From Candidatus Latescibacterota bacterium (GTDB taxonomy: Bacteria > Latescibacterota > UBA2968), in contig OZ220741.1 in assembly GCA_965116885.1 (NCBI GenBank), positions 3,232,001 to 3,296,000 on the forward strand: a DNA stretch of 64,000 bases, read 5' to 3'. Made by a program: the position numbers and the translations under genes. The notes under the pieces are model-generated. The model saw only the letters and a program-made list of their open reading frames with translations. It searched no databases and was not told the DNA's origin. Shown piece after piece: positions 28,174 to 40,571 of the stretch. Position 1 is the stretch's first letter. Each line of letters starts with the position of its first letter.

Positions 28174-29544
28174 TTATTTTACTCTGTTAAGCCCGTTGAG
28201 CGCGGCAACGCGATAGGCTTCGGCCATTGTGGGATAGTTGAAGGTGGTGTTGATGAAGTACAGGAGTGTATTGGCTTCACCTTCTTGTGCCATAATGGCT
28301 TGCCCAATGTGGATGATTTCAGATGCCTGAGAGCCAAAACAGTGGATGCCCAAAATTTCAAAGGTTTCGCGATGAAAGATCATTTTGAGCATGCCGGTGA
28401 GCCTTCCCGTTAGCTGTGCCCGCGCGATATGGCGGAAGTAGGCGTGGCCCACTTCGTAGGGAACTTTTTGGGCTGTCAGTTCTTTTTCGGTAAATCCGAT
28501 AGAACTGATTTCGGGTATGGTGTAAATCCCCGTGGGGATGTCTTCCACGAGGTGTTGTTCGCATTCGCCAAAGATGAGATGGGTGGCGGCAAACCGCCCC
28601 TGATCGTAAGCCGCACTCGCCAGACTGGGAAATCCAACGACATCGCCAACAGCGTAAATATGGGGTTGGGCGAGTGTTTGGTACGCGTCGTTGATGAGAA
28701 TGGAACCGCGTTCATCTGTTTCGATTCCGATATTTTCCAGTCCCATGTGGTCTGAGTTTCCGGTGCGGCCTTCCGCCCAGAGGAGAATATCGCTGACAAT
28801 TTGTTTGTTGGATTTCAGGAATACGCGCGCTTCTTTGTCGTTGGCTTCAACGCGGTCGTATTCTTCGTTGTGGCGAATACGCACTCCGTTTTGGCTGAGA
28901 TGATAACTGAGGGCGTCGATGATTTCGTCGTCGAGATAGGAGAGCAATTGGCTTCGGCTGTTGATGAGATTGACTTTTATATTTAGACCGCGAAATATGG
29001 ATGCGTATTCGCAGCCGACTACTCCCGCACCATAAATAGTGATAATGCGCGGCGTTTCTTTGAGGTCCAGGAGGGAATCACTGTCGCGAATCCGGGGATG
29101 AGAAAAGGCGATGTCGGGTGGGTGATAGGGGCGAGATCCCGTGGCGATAATAAATCCCCGGGCGGTGTAGCGTTCAGTCCCTCCGTTGAGCAATGCGACT
29201 TCGGCGGTGTGTTCATTGACAAAAGATGCACGCCCCAGGATAATATCGACATCATTGCGTTCGTAATAGCCCGTGCGAAGGTCAACCTGATCTCCGATGA
29301 GGTCGGCGGCCCGGTCGAGCAGTTCGGGAAAACTCGTTGTGCTATGTGCATTGGTATCGATGAGTTGCTGGACATAGTGGCGCAGTGCTTTGCTCGGTAT
29401 TGTGCCTCTGTGTGTGCTGTTGCCGCCCACGTTTTTGAAATTGTCGATGACGGCAACACGCTTGCCTTCCTTGGCGGATTTCATCGCGGCGCCTTCTCCG
29501 CCAGGGCCAGTACCTATCACGATGATGTCGTAGTCGCAGGTCAT
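28174..29544 (-). CDS. sthA: Soluble pyridine nucleotide transhydrogenase
   Basis: [35 protein letters not shown] and [20 protein letters not shown]. Confidence 0.95.
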   Translation of the reverse strand: MTCDYDIIVIGTGPGGEGAAMKSAKEGKRVAVIDNFKNVGGNSTHRGTIPSKALRHYVQQLIDTNAHSTTSFPELLDRAADLIGDQVDLRTGYYERNDVDIILGRASFVNEHTAEVALLNGGTERYTARGFIIATGSRPYHPPDIAFSHPRIRDSDSLLDLKETPRIITIYGAGVVGCEYASIFRGLNIKVNLINSRSQLLSYLDDEIIDALSYHLSQNGVRIRHNEEYDRVEANDKEARVFLKSNKQIVSDILLWAEGRTGNSDHMGLENIGIETDERGSILINDAYQTLAQPHIYAVGDVVGFPSLASAAYDQGRFAATHLIFGECEQHLVEDIPTGIYTIPEISSIGFTEKELTAQKVPYEVGHAYFRHIARAQLTGRLTGMLKMIFHRETFEILGIHCFGSQASEIIHIGQAIMAQEGEANTLLYFINTTFNYPTMAEAYRVAALNGLNRVK

Positions 29545-30296
29545 TTTGGATCCAGATATCCCAATTGCACGAGAAAGTCGTCCATTTGCGCGACGGTTCG
29601 TTCGTAGTCTAATCCATCGCCGCGGCCGTGGTTGAAAAAGCCGTGTCCTTTGCCTTCGTACGCGCAGAGTTCACAGGTGTTGCCCGTTTTGTGCATGGCT
29701 TTTGTGAAGCGTTGGGCCTGTTCAAAAGGGACGGTTGTGTCATCCGTGCCGTGAAAAATTATAGTGGGTGGCAGGTTGGAACAGACGTGTTGAAGAGGCG
29801 AAATTGCCCGCGGGTCTCCGGGAAAACGTTCGGCGAGGCGTCCCAGAGCAATAACATCGACGACGGGGTTAAAGAGTACCATGGCATTGGGCCGGGAAGA
29901 TACCGCCATGTCTTCATCGGGCGCATCCTGTCCGGGAACAGTGCCGGTACACGCACCGACGTGACCGCCAGCCGATCCGCCACCCGAGGCAATGCGGTTG
30001 GGGTCGATGTTGAGTTCATCGGCATGCGCCCGCAGCCAGCGAACTGCTGATTTGCCATCTTCTACACATTCATAAGGCGAGGTGTTGTGTTTGCTTCTGA
30101 TGCGGTATTCAGCCGATGCAGCGAGCATTCCGCGTTCTGAGAGATACTGGCAGTGCGGAAAAAACTGTTGCGGATTGCCACCTGTCCAGCCACCGCCAAA
30201 GAAGAATACGATGGCGGCTGTTTGGTCATTAGTATCGGGTTCAAAGATGTGAATGGCGAGTTCGCCCTGGGGCGTGGTTTTGTATATGCGTTGCAT
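29541..30296 (-). CDS. Alpha/beta hydrolase (esterase/lipase)
   Basis: [20 protein letters not shown] and HGFFN motifs. Confidence 0.88.
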   Translation of the reverse strand: MQRIYKTTPQGELAIHIFEPDTNDQTAAIVFFFGGGWTGGNPQQFFPHCQYLSERGMLAASAEYRIRSKHNTSPYECVEDGKSAVRWLRAHADELNIDPNRIASGGGSAGGHVGACTGTVPGQDAPDEDMAVSSRPNAMVLFNPVVDVIALGRLAERFPGDPRAISPLQHVCSNLPPTIIFHGTDDTTVPFEQAQRFTKAMHKTGNTCELCAYEGKGHGFFNHGRGDGLDYERTVAQMDDFLVQLGYLDPK

Positions 30297-30310
30297 GGTG
30301 GGTGTCCCTT

Positions 30311-31990
<1,680 letters not shown>

Positions 31991-31991
31991 G

Positions 31992-32699
31992 CTATTTCCC
32001 CAGATTGTCTGATTCTTGACTGCTGAGTAATTTTTCGGCTTCCTCAAGTTGTTGCTTATCGTTAATTGGCAGCCAAAAATCAGCTTCGATCACTTTGATT
32101 TTTCGACCAGATGCAATCAGATTCATCCATACATCGGGCGTTTCGTATTCGCCGCGTGCGGATGGCGCGATTTCTGTGTCAAAGAAATCTCTGTCCATGA
32201 CCATCGCGCCGTTCCAAACCAAATCTGAAATAAACGTCTGGGGCTTTTCGACTGACCGAAGGAGGTATCCGTTGTCATCTGTTACCAGAACCCCAAAATG
32301 TTGAGGCTGCGCCACTCGCGAGCCAATGAGAGATAGGTCCCGCTGTTGGACGAGTTTTTGAAGGCTGCACGGCCCAAAAATATCATCGCCTACCATTCCC
32401 AGCCACCGCCCGGTGATTGCAGGTGCGGCGACCCGAAAAGCATGGGCGATTCCCAATGGATCTTCCTGAACGAGAAATACAATGCGCCGCCCCCCATATA
32501 TGCCGTCTGAAAAGTGCTGGCGAATCGCCTCTTCGTGCGGTCCTCCTACAATGAATACAAGTTCGCGTATCTCGTTCGGCAATCGATCCAGCGCGTGTTC
32601 CACCACGGGCTTTCCCGCTACCGGCAATAAGTGCTTCGGTCCCTCATAATCCATCGCCATCCGCGTTCCCTTGCCGGCTAACAGCACAACTGCTTGCAT
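31992..32699 (-). CDS. Sugar-phosphate nucleotidyltransferase
   Basis: LAGKGTRM, PKHLLPVAGKP, VEKP and SARGEYE motifs. Confidence 0.88.
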   Translation of the reverse strand: MQAVVLLAGKGTRMAMDYEGPKHLLPVAGKPVVEHALDRLPNEIRELVFIVGGPHEEAIRQHFSDGIYGGRRIVFLVQEDPLGIAHAFRVAAPAITGRWLGMVGDDIFGPCSLQKLVQQRDLSLIGSRVAQPQHFGVLVTDDNGYLLRSVEKPQTFISDLVWNGAMVMDRDFFDTEIAPSARGEYETPDVWMNLIASGRKIKVIEADFWLPINDKQQLEEAEKLLSSQESDNLGK

Positions 32700-32724
32700 A
32701 AAGGTCTCCCGACTACTGATGCTC

Positions 32725-33705
32725 TCAATGACTGTCCCGATAGTGTTGCTTGAGAATATCGCTGCCAAAGTCATTGGTCAGGTCGCGCCAGACTGCGTGG
32801 ATATGATTGGCCTCGTCTTGAGTGCAGTCGTATTCTGCGAGGAAGGTGGAGCCGAGCACGCGATAGTAATGGCCTTCGCCGCGATTCACACCGCCAGCCC
32901 AGGCGAATGCGGCTGTGTCGAGTGAGGTGAGTTTTGTACGCTGGGCTTCTGCAATTCTGTTGGGTAAGCGGGTGATATATACATCGATGAGTGCAGTGAC
33001 GACTTCGCGTTGTGATGCGGTCATGTCCTTGAGTTTCAGACCCTCAATTTGGACTTCATCATTTACCTGGGGGACATTGCGAGTGAGGATGTCAGCAGGG
33101 GCTTCGTCACTGATGATTGCCACTCTTTTTTGGTCGCCGTCCAGAGAAGCGAGCAGATCGCGAGCGAGGTCTTCCTCTTCTTTTAGGGCGCGCAATCCCT
33201 CGTGTTCGCCGTGCCGAACTTGTGCGGGATTGGAGCCGAAGAAGACGGGCGTAGGCGCGACGAGCGTGCCGCTGACAATGGTGTAATTGACGGAGACGTG
33301 ATGGCCTTCAAAACGCCAACTCCATGTTGTCTCGCCATTGGGGGTGCCAAAGATGACGAGGTTGTAGAGATCTGGATCGCGCGGAAACCGCCGTCTGGGG
33401 CCTTCCACTTCGGCGAGGATGGGTTCCAGGTTGATGATTGTTCTGGCTTTGGTGCGCGCCTGTTCACTCAGTCCGGTATCGAGCAGGGCAAATGCTTTGT
33501 CGCGCTGGTGGGCTTCCATGTCTTTGAGCGCGAGACCCAATCGGTCGCGCGGGATGTAGTGCCAGTCCTGTCGTGCGTTTTCATCTCCAAAGCCCAGTTG
33601 CGCAGTCGCCGCCTGATCGGGACGCAGAGATGCCAAAAATGCCGTGGCAGCATCGGCCATGCGGTTGGCCGTGTCAATTTGGGTATAGAGTTCTTCGAGG
33701 TTCAT
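32725..33705 (-). CDS. DUF3500 domain protein
   Basis: WHYIPR.R.GL, WSWRFEGHHVS.N, TPVFFGSNP and NHIHAVWRD..NDFG motifs. Confidence 0.88.
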   Translation of the reverse strand: MNLEELYTQIDTANRMADAATAFLASLRPDQAATAQLGFGDENARQDWHYIPRDRLGLALKDMEAHQRDKAFALLDTGLSEQARTKARTIINLEPILAEVEGPRRRFPRDPDLYNLVIFGTPNGETTWSWRFEGHHVSVNYTIVSGTLVAPTPVFFGSNPAQVRHGEHEGLRALKEEEDLARDLLASLDGDQKRVAIISDEAPADILTRNVPQVNDEVQIEGLKLKDMTASQREVVTALIDVYITRLPNRIAEAQRTKLTSLDTAAFAWAGGVNRGEGHYYRVLGSTFLAEYDCTQDEANHIHAVWRDLTNDFGSDILKQHYRDSH

Positions 33706-33745
33706 GTTCTCAACTCCTTGTGAATGTGAATGATTCAGTTGTTTT

Positions 33746-34585
33746 TCACAGAGAATCTGACCGCTGTTTTCTCCCCCCCAAGGTAGCACCGCCATCAATG
33801 GTCAGTGCTTGTCCGGTGATATTTTTCCCTTTGTCGCTTGCCAAAAAGACGACCATGTGGCCCACATCTTCGGGGGTTTGTTCGGCTCCCAGGGGGACGC
33901 TGTTGCGGATTACATCTTCGAAAATTTCTCTTGCGGTATATTCCTTGTATGCCGGGTTGTTGTTTTTAATTTGAGATGCGATCATTTCCCAGGCGCGCGT
34001 CCAGAGGTATCCGGGACATATTGCGTTGACTCTGATTCCACGCCCCGCGAGTTGGCTGGCTAAGGTTCTGGTTAAATGAATGACTCCGGCTTTTGCCGCG
34101 CCATAAGCCGGCATGGAAACGCTGGGCATCAGCGCGGCGATAGATGCGATGTTGATGATGCTGGATCCGCGGCTGAGATGTGGAATGGCAGCTCTGGATG
34201 AGACAAAGGCGGTCCGGAGATTGGTGTGTAGATGCGCGTCCCAGTCGTCAACGGATAATTCCGTCAGGGGGATTTCCAGCGATGCTTTGGCTGCGTTAGT
34301 ATCCGGTCCTCCAATGCCCGCGTTGTTGACGAGTATATCGAGTGCGCCGAGTTCTGTAACAACCCGGTCCGTTGCCGCGTGCATGGCGGTTTCATCGGAT
34401 GCATCGGCCGATAGACCTATTGCGGGCGTTTTGAGCGTTTTTGCGGTTTCTTTTGCGCCTTCGCCATCCAGGTCGGCAATGGCGATTTTTGCACCCGCAT
34501 CTGACAGGTGTTGTGCTATGGCCGCTCCAATGCCCCGCGCTGCACCGGTTATGAGTGCGACTCGGTTTTGTAATTCCAGGCTCAC
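33746..34585 (-). CDS. SDR family oxidoreductase
   Basis: TGAARGIG, NNAG, YGAAK and ITGQALTIDGG motifs; GTG start. Confidence 0.92.
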   Translation of the reverse strand: MSLELQNRVALITGAARGIGAAIAQHLSDAGAKIAIADLDGEGAKETAKTLKTPAIGLSADASDETAMHAATDRVVTELGALDILVNNAGIGGPDTNAAKASLEIPLTELSVDDWDAHLHTNLRTAFVSSRAAIPHLSRGSSIINIASIAALMPSVSMPAYGAAKAGVIHLTRTLASQLAGRGIRVNAICPGYLWTRAWEMIASQIKNNNPAYKEYTAREIFEDVIRNSVPLGAEQTPEDVGHMVVFLASDKGKNITGQALTIDGGATLGGRKQRSDSL

Positions 34586-34587
34586 GA

Positions 34588-37491
34588 TTATTCCTCTTCT
34601 AATTCTAATCCGAGTGTCTTGCCTTTTTGAACCGCGGGAATGCCCGCGCTCATCCACACAGGGGCGGGGGCGTCTTTGAGGTAGTGGTCAAAGAATTGTT
34701 GCAGGCGGATGCTCCAATCTTTGCGGTTGTGGTGTTTGCGAATGCCGTGGGCTTCCCCGTTGTAATTGACCATCCATGCGGGTTTGCCCAGGCGGCGCAG
34801 GGCAACGAAGAGTTCGATGCCCTGATACCAGGGTACTGCGCCGTCGTCGTCGTTGTGCAAGATGAGCAATGGCGTTTGAATTTTGTCTGCCCAGAAGATG
34901 GGGGAGTTTTCGATAAATCGCGTGGGTGCTTCCCAGAGCGAACCGCCGATGCGACTCTGGCTTTTTTCGTATTGCATCATGCGGCTCAGTCCCGAAGCCC
35001 AGCGAATGCCGCCGTACGCACTGATCATATTTGAGACGGGTGCGCCGGCTTCGGCTGCCCGAAATATATTGGTTCGGGTGATCATATAGGCGATTTGATA
35101 GCCGCCCCAACTGTGGCCCTGTACGCCGATTCGGTCGGGATTGACGAATCCCCGATTTATGAGGTGCGTCACGCCAGAGACAACGGCGTTGACAGCACTT
35201 TCTCCGGGGAAGCCGACTTTGTAGGGGATATCCGGGATAAAGATCAGATATCCGCGGCTGACGTAGAATGGGAAATTTATGGAGGCACCAGAGGCTCTTG
35301 GTGCCCGGTGGGCGTGTAGTTGGTGGGACATTTTTTCATAGAAATAGACCAGCATGGGATATTTCTGGGTGGAATCGAAATTTTCGGGTTTGTAGAGGAT
35401 ACCCTGCAGGGGTTTGCCATCGAGCGAGACCCATTCGACGAGTTCGGCAGTGCCCCACAGGTAGTCTTTTTGTTGCGGATTGACTTCGCTTATTTTTCGC
35501 GCATTCTGAAAATTGAGACCAGAAGCCCAGAGGTCGGGATATTCTTCAAAAGAGGATTGTCTGAAGAGGAGTACGTCGGTGTCTTTGGCTTTTTGGAGAT
35601 TGGAAAACCGTTTGTTGCGCGCGATGAGTTCAGCGGGCTTGTCGGTGCTTTCAAGGCGGTCTCGATAGTAGCCCATGGCTTTGGTTTTGAGATTGAAACC
35701 CGATAAGAGCAAATCGGCTTTTGGATCGCGTGCCCGTTCTTCGGGGTCGAGGCGTACATATCGAAAGCGCGTTTCGGTCTCGCGCCCAACTCCTTCGGTG
35801 ATGTTGATGGGTGCTTTGCGCCCATTGGGATCGGTGAGCCAGATGTCGTAGCGGTCGTAAATGAGAAATTCTTTGTCGCCTTTTGCCCATCCGGCATTGC
35901 CATGTGCGCTGGGTGGATACGGCCAGTCGTGTAATTCGTTGTGAACGGGATGGGGGATATTTTTGCTGACGTTGACGCGGATCAAGTTTTTGACATGCTG
36001 AACGTACCAGTTTTTCTGGACGCGATCCCACCAGTAGATGTATTTGGATTCGGGCGAGAGGGTGGGGCGCGTCTGCATTTTGGTGAGTGCGCGCGTTGCC
36101 TCACCGGTTTTTATGTCGATCAAATAGCTGTCGTAATAAGCTGGCGAATCCCATGAGATGAGTTGTCGATAGGGGAGAATCGAATAGCCTACCGCGACGT
36201 CGGCATTGCCCTCGCTTCCCAGGCGAATATTGGGGATGGTTTCTGTGGCGAGTTGAACGATTTTGCCATTGTTGAGATGAAAGACAGCGCGATAAGTGCG
36301 TTCGCGTTCCTCTTTGGCATCTTTGAGTTGCATGGGCTGGAGATAGGGGTCTTTCCAGTTCCAGATATCGACTGCGACTTTTTCGTCGTCGGGCGTGTCG
36401 TCCTCTGCTTCCACTTCTGGTCTGGGTGCGGTCCCAAAAAAGAGGCGCTTGCCATTTTTGGAAAAGGAGAGGTTGGCGTGTTCGCTGACCCACCAGTTCG
36501 GTGGTATGCCCTTTGTCTCAGATCGGGCGATTTTTTTTGCCTTATTGCGCGAGCCAATGGGCCAGTAATAGAGGGCGTATTCCTGTTGTTCTGAGTTAAA
36601 GCTGTCGCGGTTGGCAATAAATGCGAGATGGAGACTGGATTCGTCCGTGGTGATTTTTTTGTAATCACCTGCGCCCGTGAGTATGGCTGTGGTGTCGCCC
36701 GTGCTGGTGCGAATGGCGTAGATGCCGTCGGCTGTGCTGTCTTTGTTGGCTGCGGCAAAAATGAGATACGAACCGCTTTCTGTGAAGGCGTAGGAGACTA
36801 TGTGGTTATATCTCGTTTCAGCACTGGTTTGAAGGTTGCGGAGAACGAGTGTGGTGCCTTCGGCTTTTCTGCGCTTTTTCTTTTTGGAGTCTTTTGGTTC
36901 TTCCTTTTGGGCTTCTTTAGTTTCAGGCTTTTGTTCGGGCTGTTTTTCGGGTTTTTGCTCTTCTTTTTTTTCTTCAGGTTCGGATGGTTTTTTCTTTTTG
37001 TTCGCAGTAGTGTCTTTTTTTGCGATTTCTTTTTCCAGTAAATAGGCGACCCATCCGCCGTTTTCTTTGGGCAGTTTGAAGGATTTGACGCGTGCGGCCT
37101 TAAAGATGTCTCCCGTGGCGAGGGTGATGATGCCAAGCGAGTCTTTGGGCGATTCTTCGGGTTTTTTCTTGTCGCGTTTTGCCTGTTTTACCGAGTCTTT
37201 GAAGGCTTTGATGAGGGTGACGATATAACGCGAGTCTCTGGTGAAGCGAATGGATTCTCCACGCGGTATCGCGTATGAGCGGTCATCTGCAAGGCTTGTG
37301 ATGCGGAGTTCGGTGTCTTTTTCATCCGGGCCGATGGAGAGAAAAGCCCATTGTCCGTTGTCAGAAATATTGCTGGCGTGCGTGCGATTCCATACGTCAT
37401 ACACGTCGTGATCCAACGGCTTTTTCCCCTGGGCAAAGACGAGTGGCGATAAACACAAGAGCACAGATAGAAGATATGTAGATAGGCGCAT
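34588..37491 (-). CDS. Secreted S9 (prolyl oligopeptidase/acylaminoacyl peptidase) family peptidase
   Basis: Signal peptide; GHSWGG, DGAVP and EAHG catalytic triad; Lys/Glu-rich insertion. Confidence 0.92.
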   Translation of the reverse strand: MRLSTYLLSVLLCLSPLVFAQGKKPLDHDVYDVWNRTHASNISDNGQWAFLSIGPDEKDTELRITSLADDRSYAIPRGESIRFTRDSRYIVTLIKAFKDSVKQAKRDKKKPEESPKDSLGIITLATGDIFKAARVKSFKLPKENGGWVAYLLEKEIAKKDTTANKKKKPSEPEEKKEEQKPEKQPEQKPETKEAQKEEPKDSKKKKRRKAEGTTLVLRNLQTSAETRYNHIVSYAFTESGSYLIFAAANKDSTADGIYAIRTSTGDTTAILTGAGDYKKITTDESSLHLAFIANRDSFNSEQQEYALYYWPIGSRNKAKKIARSETKGIPPNWWVSEHANLSFSKNGKRLFFGTAPRPEVEAEDDTPDDEKVAVDIWNWKDPYLQPMQLKDAKEERERTYRAVFHLNNGKIVQLATETIPNIRLGSEGNADVAVGYSILPYRQLISWDSPAYYDSYLIDIKTGEATRALTKMQTRPTLSPESKYIYWWDRVQKNWYVQHVKNLIRVNVSKNIPHPVHNELHDWPYPPSAHGNAGWAKGDKEFLIYDRYDIWLTDPNGRKAPINITEGVGRETETRFRYVRLDPEERARDPKADLLLSGFNLKTKAMGYYRDRLESTDKPAELIARNKRFSNLQKAKDTDVLLFRQSSFEEYPDLWASGLNFQNARKISEVNPQQKDYLWGTAELVEWVSLDGKPLQGILYKPENFDSTQKYPMLVYFYEKMSHQLHAHRAPRASGASINFPFYVSRGYLIFIPDIPYKVGFPGESAVNAVVSGVTHLINRGFVNPDRIGVQGHSWGGYQIAYMITRTNIFRAAEAGAPVSNMISAYGGIRWASGLSRMMQYEKSQSRIGGSLWEAPTRFIENSPIFWADKIQTPLLILHNDDDGAVPWYQGIELFVALRRLGKPAWMVNYNGEAHGIRKHHNRKDWSIRLQQFFDHYLKDAPAPVWMSAGIPAVQKGKTLGLELEEE

Positions 37492-37571
37492 AGGTGATCT
37501 CGTAGAAGTAGGAGGTTTTGGACAGGTAAGTTTCTGAACAATATAATAGATATACAGCGGTGGGCAAAAAT

Positions 37572-37599
37572 AAAAGCCGACACATAAACATCGGCTTTT
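37572..37599. terminator. Intrinsic terminator
   Basis: AAAAGCCGA-10 nt-TCGGCTTTT, flanked by A and T runs. Confidence 0.75.
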
Positions 37600-37661
37600 G
37601 TTTTTTTGGTTCTTTTTTGTAACTATTTAGGTCATTTGAATGATGAGGAAAAAAAGATGCT

Positions 37662-37750
37662 GTAGGAGCGGCATCCCTGCCGCGATTAAGGTCGGGGAGC
37701 GGGGTACAACTGGTCGTCTCTCAGGCCAGTTTAAGGGATTTCCCTCCTAC
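37662..37750. repeat. Inverted pair of GTAG-type REP palindromes (REPIN-like)
   Basis: GTAGGAGCGGCATCCCTGCCGC ... AGGGATTTCCCTCCTAC. Confidence 0.65.
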
Positions 37751-37758
37751 GCGCAACC

Positions 37759-38238
37759 TTAGAAATTTGATTCTACGTGGTATTTTGCAGAGTATTCTTT
37801 CAGGTTCTTTTTTATTTGCTGAAACTGCGTGTATGAGCAGGTACCCGCTGGAATTTCGATGGGGTGTGCTGGTTGGGCTTTTGGAATGATTTCCACGCCG
37901 TTGATTTTGAGGTGCATCGCCTGGATTTCATCCCAGGATATTTTTTCAGCGTGCCCGCGCTGTTTGGTTTTGATTTCCAGGCCCTCTTTGCTGAATACTA
38001 CTCGCGGTCGTCCGAATTTTTTTGAGGTATAAAGATCAATGATCGCGGTAGCGATTATCGCAACAGCACCGAGAATGTTTATTGTACCTAATATCCACTC
38101 AGCGAGACCGTGTATGTGCGTAAGGTATCGCCAGCCCTGGTAGATCAAGAATCCAGTGAAGAATACGAAATACGACCACCAAAACCTCTTCATTCGGCGG
38201 GGGTGTTCTACGTCAAGGTAAACTGTAAAAGTGTCCAT
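37759..38238 (-). CDS. Hypothetical membrane protein (two TM helices plus soluble domain)
   Basis: 159-aa ORF with GAGGA RBS, co-oriented with the nat genes. Confidence 0.65.
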   Translation of the reverse strand: MDTFTVYLDVEHPRRMKRFWWSYFVFFTGFLIYQGWRYLTHIHGLAEWILGTINILGAVAIIATAIIDLYTSKKFGRPRVVFSKEGLEIKTKQRGHAEKISWDEIQAMHLKINGVEIIPKAQPAHPIEIPAGTCSYTQFQQIKKNLKEYSAKYHVESNF

Positions 38239-38267
38239 GTATTGTCCTCTAAAGTTTTGCAGGTGAT

Positions 38268-38522
38268 TTATCGCCCAGTATCATCCTTTGAAACCTCACC
38301 TTTATCATCCTCTGAAATATGGCGGATTTCTCCAGCGCGTTGTTGTACGATTTCCTGTGCTGCGCGTTTTTTGTCTTCGTTGAGCATGAGGTCTGTTGCG
38401 CCGAGCATCGTTGTGGCCGATCCGCCACCTTTGCGACTGCCTTTTACAAGCGCGTAAAGTGCATAGCCGATGAGAAGAATTGCGATAAGTGTAAAAATGG
38501 CGACTCCCATGAAATGTTCCAT
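38268..38522 (-). CDS. Small single-TM hypothetical protein
   Basis: ATG immediately after the natB stop; N-terminal TM helix and charged tail. Confidence 0.6.
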   Translation of the reverse strand: MEHFMGVAIFTLIAILLIGYALYALVKGSRKGGGSATTMLGATDLMLNEDKKRAAQEIVQQRAGEIRHISEDDKGEVSKDDTGR

Positions 38523-39719
38523 TTAAGTCTCCCGAAAGATCGTGCTTTCGCGTTCAAACCATCTGGCGCAGCCGTAGAGGCTGAGGGCTGCAAGGGCGAT
38601 GAGCGAGGCATAGACTTCGAATAATAGGGGTAGTTTGATGGTTCCCGCGAAAATTTCTTTGGATGCAAGTGAGACATTTAAGACCGGTATGAGCGAGGTG
38701 ATGGCATTGAGTTCAATGCCGGGCAAGAGGCCGATAAATACGGGAATAATAACTATGATGTTGAGGGGTGCCACAATGCTCTGCGCTTCTTTGAAAGATT
38801 TGGCAAATATGGAGACGGACATTAAGGCGGCGGCAAAAAAGATGGTTAAGGGCAGGCACAGAGAAAGGACCAGGAGGATGGATGATATTTCGAACATGCC
38901 CTGTAGCGCGTCGAGGATTCTTGCGACAATTTCTCGTTGTAACATAACAGCTATAAAAAAACCGATAAAACTGTTGGCGATTGACGCAAATCCCGATAGG
39001 ACAATCACACCGCATTTGCCCAGCAAGATCTGAATTTTGCTGACGGGGGCGACGAGCAGTGTTTCGAGGGTGGCGCGTTCTTTTTCGCCAGCGCCCAGAT
39101 CAAGGGCTGGATACATACACCCCATAAAACACATTATGACAAAAATATAAGGCAAAAAACCACCTACGCTTTTTCCGATTCTTTCCCGTTGAGAAGCAAT
39201 GTCGTGGCGTCTGACCTGTACGGGGTCCACGATCATGCGGTCGAGGGCAAGCCGTTGGAATCGGTCATTGATGATCTGGTTTTCGTAGTCTCGAATCAGA
39301 CTTGTCAGGCGATTGCGGGATGCGTCCATATCTCTGGAGGATTTGAAATAGAGATGGATGTGGCCGCGTTGTAAGTCGGCGATTTGGGTATCGAATTGCT
39401 CATCAACGCGAATGGCGGCATCTATGCTGTCGGATCGGATGAGCTGAGGGATTATGTCTTCTGTTATGTCTTCTCGAATTTTCAGGTCGTCGCGTTTGAT
39501 CAGGATTTCGCGGAATGCCTCTGCATTGCCCTGTGTGATCAGGGCAACCACAAGTGTTTTGGTTCTGACTTTTTGGGCCTGACGAGTAGTAAAAACGGCT
39601 GCTATAGTGAATAACAGTGGGAATAATAGCATTGGTATGATGAACATCATCATCATCGAACGCCGGTCGCGCGTGATGTCCTTAAATTCTTTTTTGAAGA
39701 TGGTGAGGATTGTTTTCAT
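38523..39719 (-). CDS. natB: NatB-like ABC-2 permease
   Basis: KEFKDITRDRR, AGEKERATLETLL and AKSFKEAQS motifs. Confidence 0.85.
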   Translation of the reverse strand: MKTILTIFKKEFKDITRDRRSMMMMFIIPMLLFPLLFTIAAVFTTRQAQKVRTKTLVVALITQGNAEAFREILIKRDDLKIREDITEDIIPQLIRSDSIDAAIRVDEQFDTQIADLQRGHIHLYFKSSRDMDASRNRLTSLIRDYENQIINDRFQRLALDRMIVDPVQVRRHDIASQRERIGKSVGGFLPYIFVIMCFMGCMYPALDLGAGEKERATLETLLVAPVSKIQILLGKCGVIVLSGFASIANSFIGFFIAVMLQREIVARILDALQGMFEISSILLVLSLCLPLTIFFAAALMSVSIFAKSFKEAQSIVAPLNIIVIIPVFIGLLPGIELNAITSLIPVLNVSLASKEIFAGTIKLPLLFEVYASLIALAALSLYGCARWFERESTIFRET

Positions 39720-39734
39720 GGGAACCTCTTATGG

Positions 39735-39812
39735 CGAATGTACGAATCAACGAATCAACGAACCCCGCCCATCCTCCCAAAGTCAGTGTGTATCGCCATT
39801 CGTCTATTCGTC
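39735..39812. repeat. Octamer (CGAATCAA)-based inverted repeat element
   Basis: cgaatgta cgaatcaa cgaatcaa cgaaccccgcccatcctcccaaagtca ... attcgtctattcgtc; second copy at 60917-60967. Confidence 0.75.
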
Positions 39813-40571
39813 TTCAACGATGCGGATAAATTCGTCTTCCAACGTGGGGGTTTGCATCTGGTTTTGAAAGTCTTCTAAGGTGCCGTTAAATTGCAATTGG
39901 CCTTTGTGAATGATGGCGAGGTCGTCGCTGAGCAGGCTGACTTCTCCCATGCGGTGCGTGGAAAAGATGACGGTTTTTCCCGCGTTTCGACAATCGCGGA
40001 TGAGGTGTACGATATTGCGCGAGGTGACGACGTCGAGGCCGTCGGTGGGTTCGTCGAATACAATGACATCGGGGTCGTGTATGATTGTGCGTACGATGGA
40101 GACTTTTTGTTTCATGCCCGTGGAGAGTTTGCCAATGCGGCGGTTTGCAAAGGCTTCCATGTCGAGGAGGGCAAAGAGGTGGTCGCGCCGCGTGTTGTAA
40201 TCGGCGCTGTTCATGCCGTGCAGGTCGGCAAAGTAGCGCACCATTTCATTGGGGGTCAGGCGATCGTACAAGCCCGTGTTGCCGGTGAGAAAGCCGAGGT
40301 TTTCGCGCACGGCTTGACTTTGTGTTACAGTGTCGTATTTCGCGACAGATATGCTACCCGAAGTGGGTTTGAGCATGGTGGCAATCATGCGCAATGCAGT
40401 GGTTTTTCCCGCGCCATTGGGACCCAATAGCGCGAAGACGCGACCGGGCTGACAGGTAAAGCTGATGTCGCACACTGCGTCGATGGTGTTGCCCTGAAAA
40501 CCATCTCCCATTTCGCGTTTTTGCTGCCGCGACAATTTGAAGGTTTTGACAATATTTTTTGCGATAACCAT
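39804..40571 (-). CDS. natA: NatA-like ABC transporter ATP-binding protein
   Basis: GPNGAGKTT, LSTGMKQKV, FDEPT and STH motifs. Confidence 0.88.
   Translation of the reverse strand: MVIAKNIVKTFKLSRQQKREMGDGFQGNTIDAVCDISFTCQPGRVFALLGPNGAGKTTALRMIATMLKPTSGSISVAKYDTVTQSQAVRENLGFLTGNTGLYDRLTPNEMVRYFADLHGMNSADYNTRRDHLFALLDMEAFANRRIGKLSTGMKQKVSIVRTIIHDPDVIVFDEPTDGLDVVTSRNIVHLIRDCRNAGKTVIFSTHRMGEVSLLSDDLAIIHKGQLQFNGTLEDFQNQMQTPTLEDEFIRIVEDE

Noticed and set aside
36860..37040. T-rich low-complexity tract
   Set aside because: It encodes the Lys/Glu-rich linker of the S9 peptidase on the minus strand and the frame is intact.
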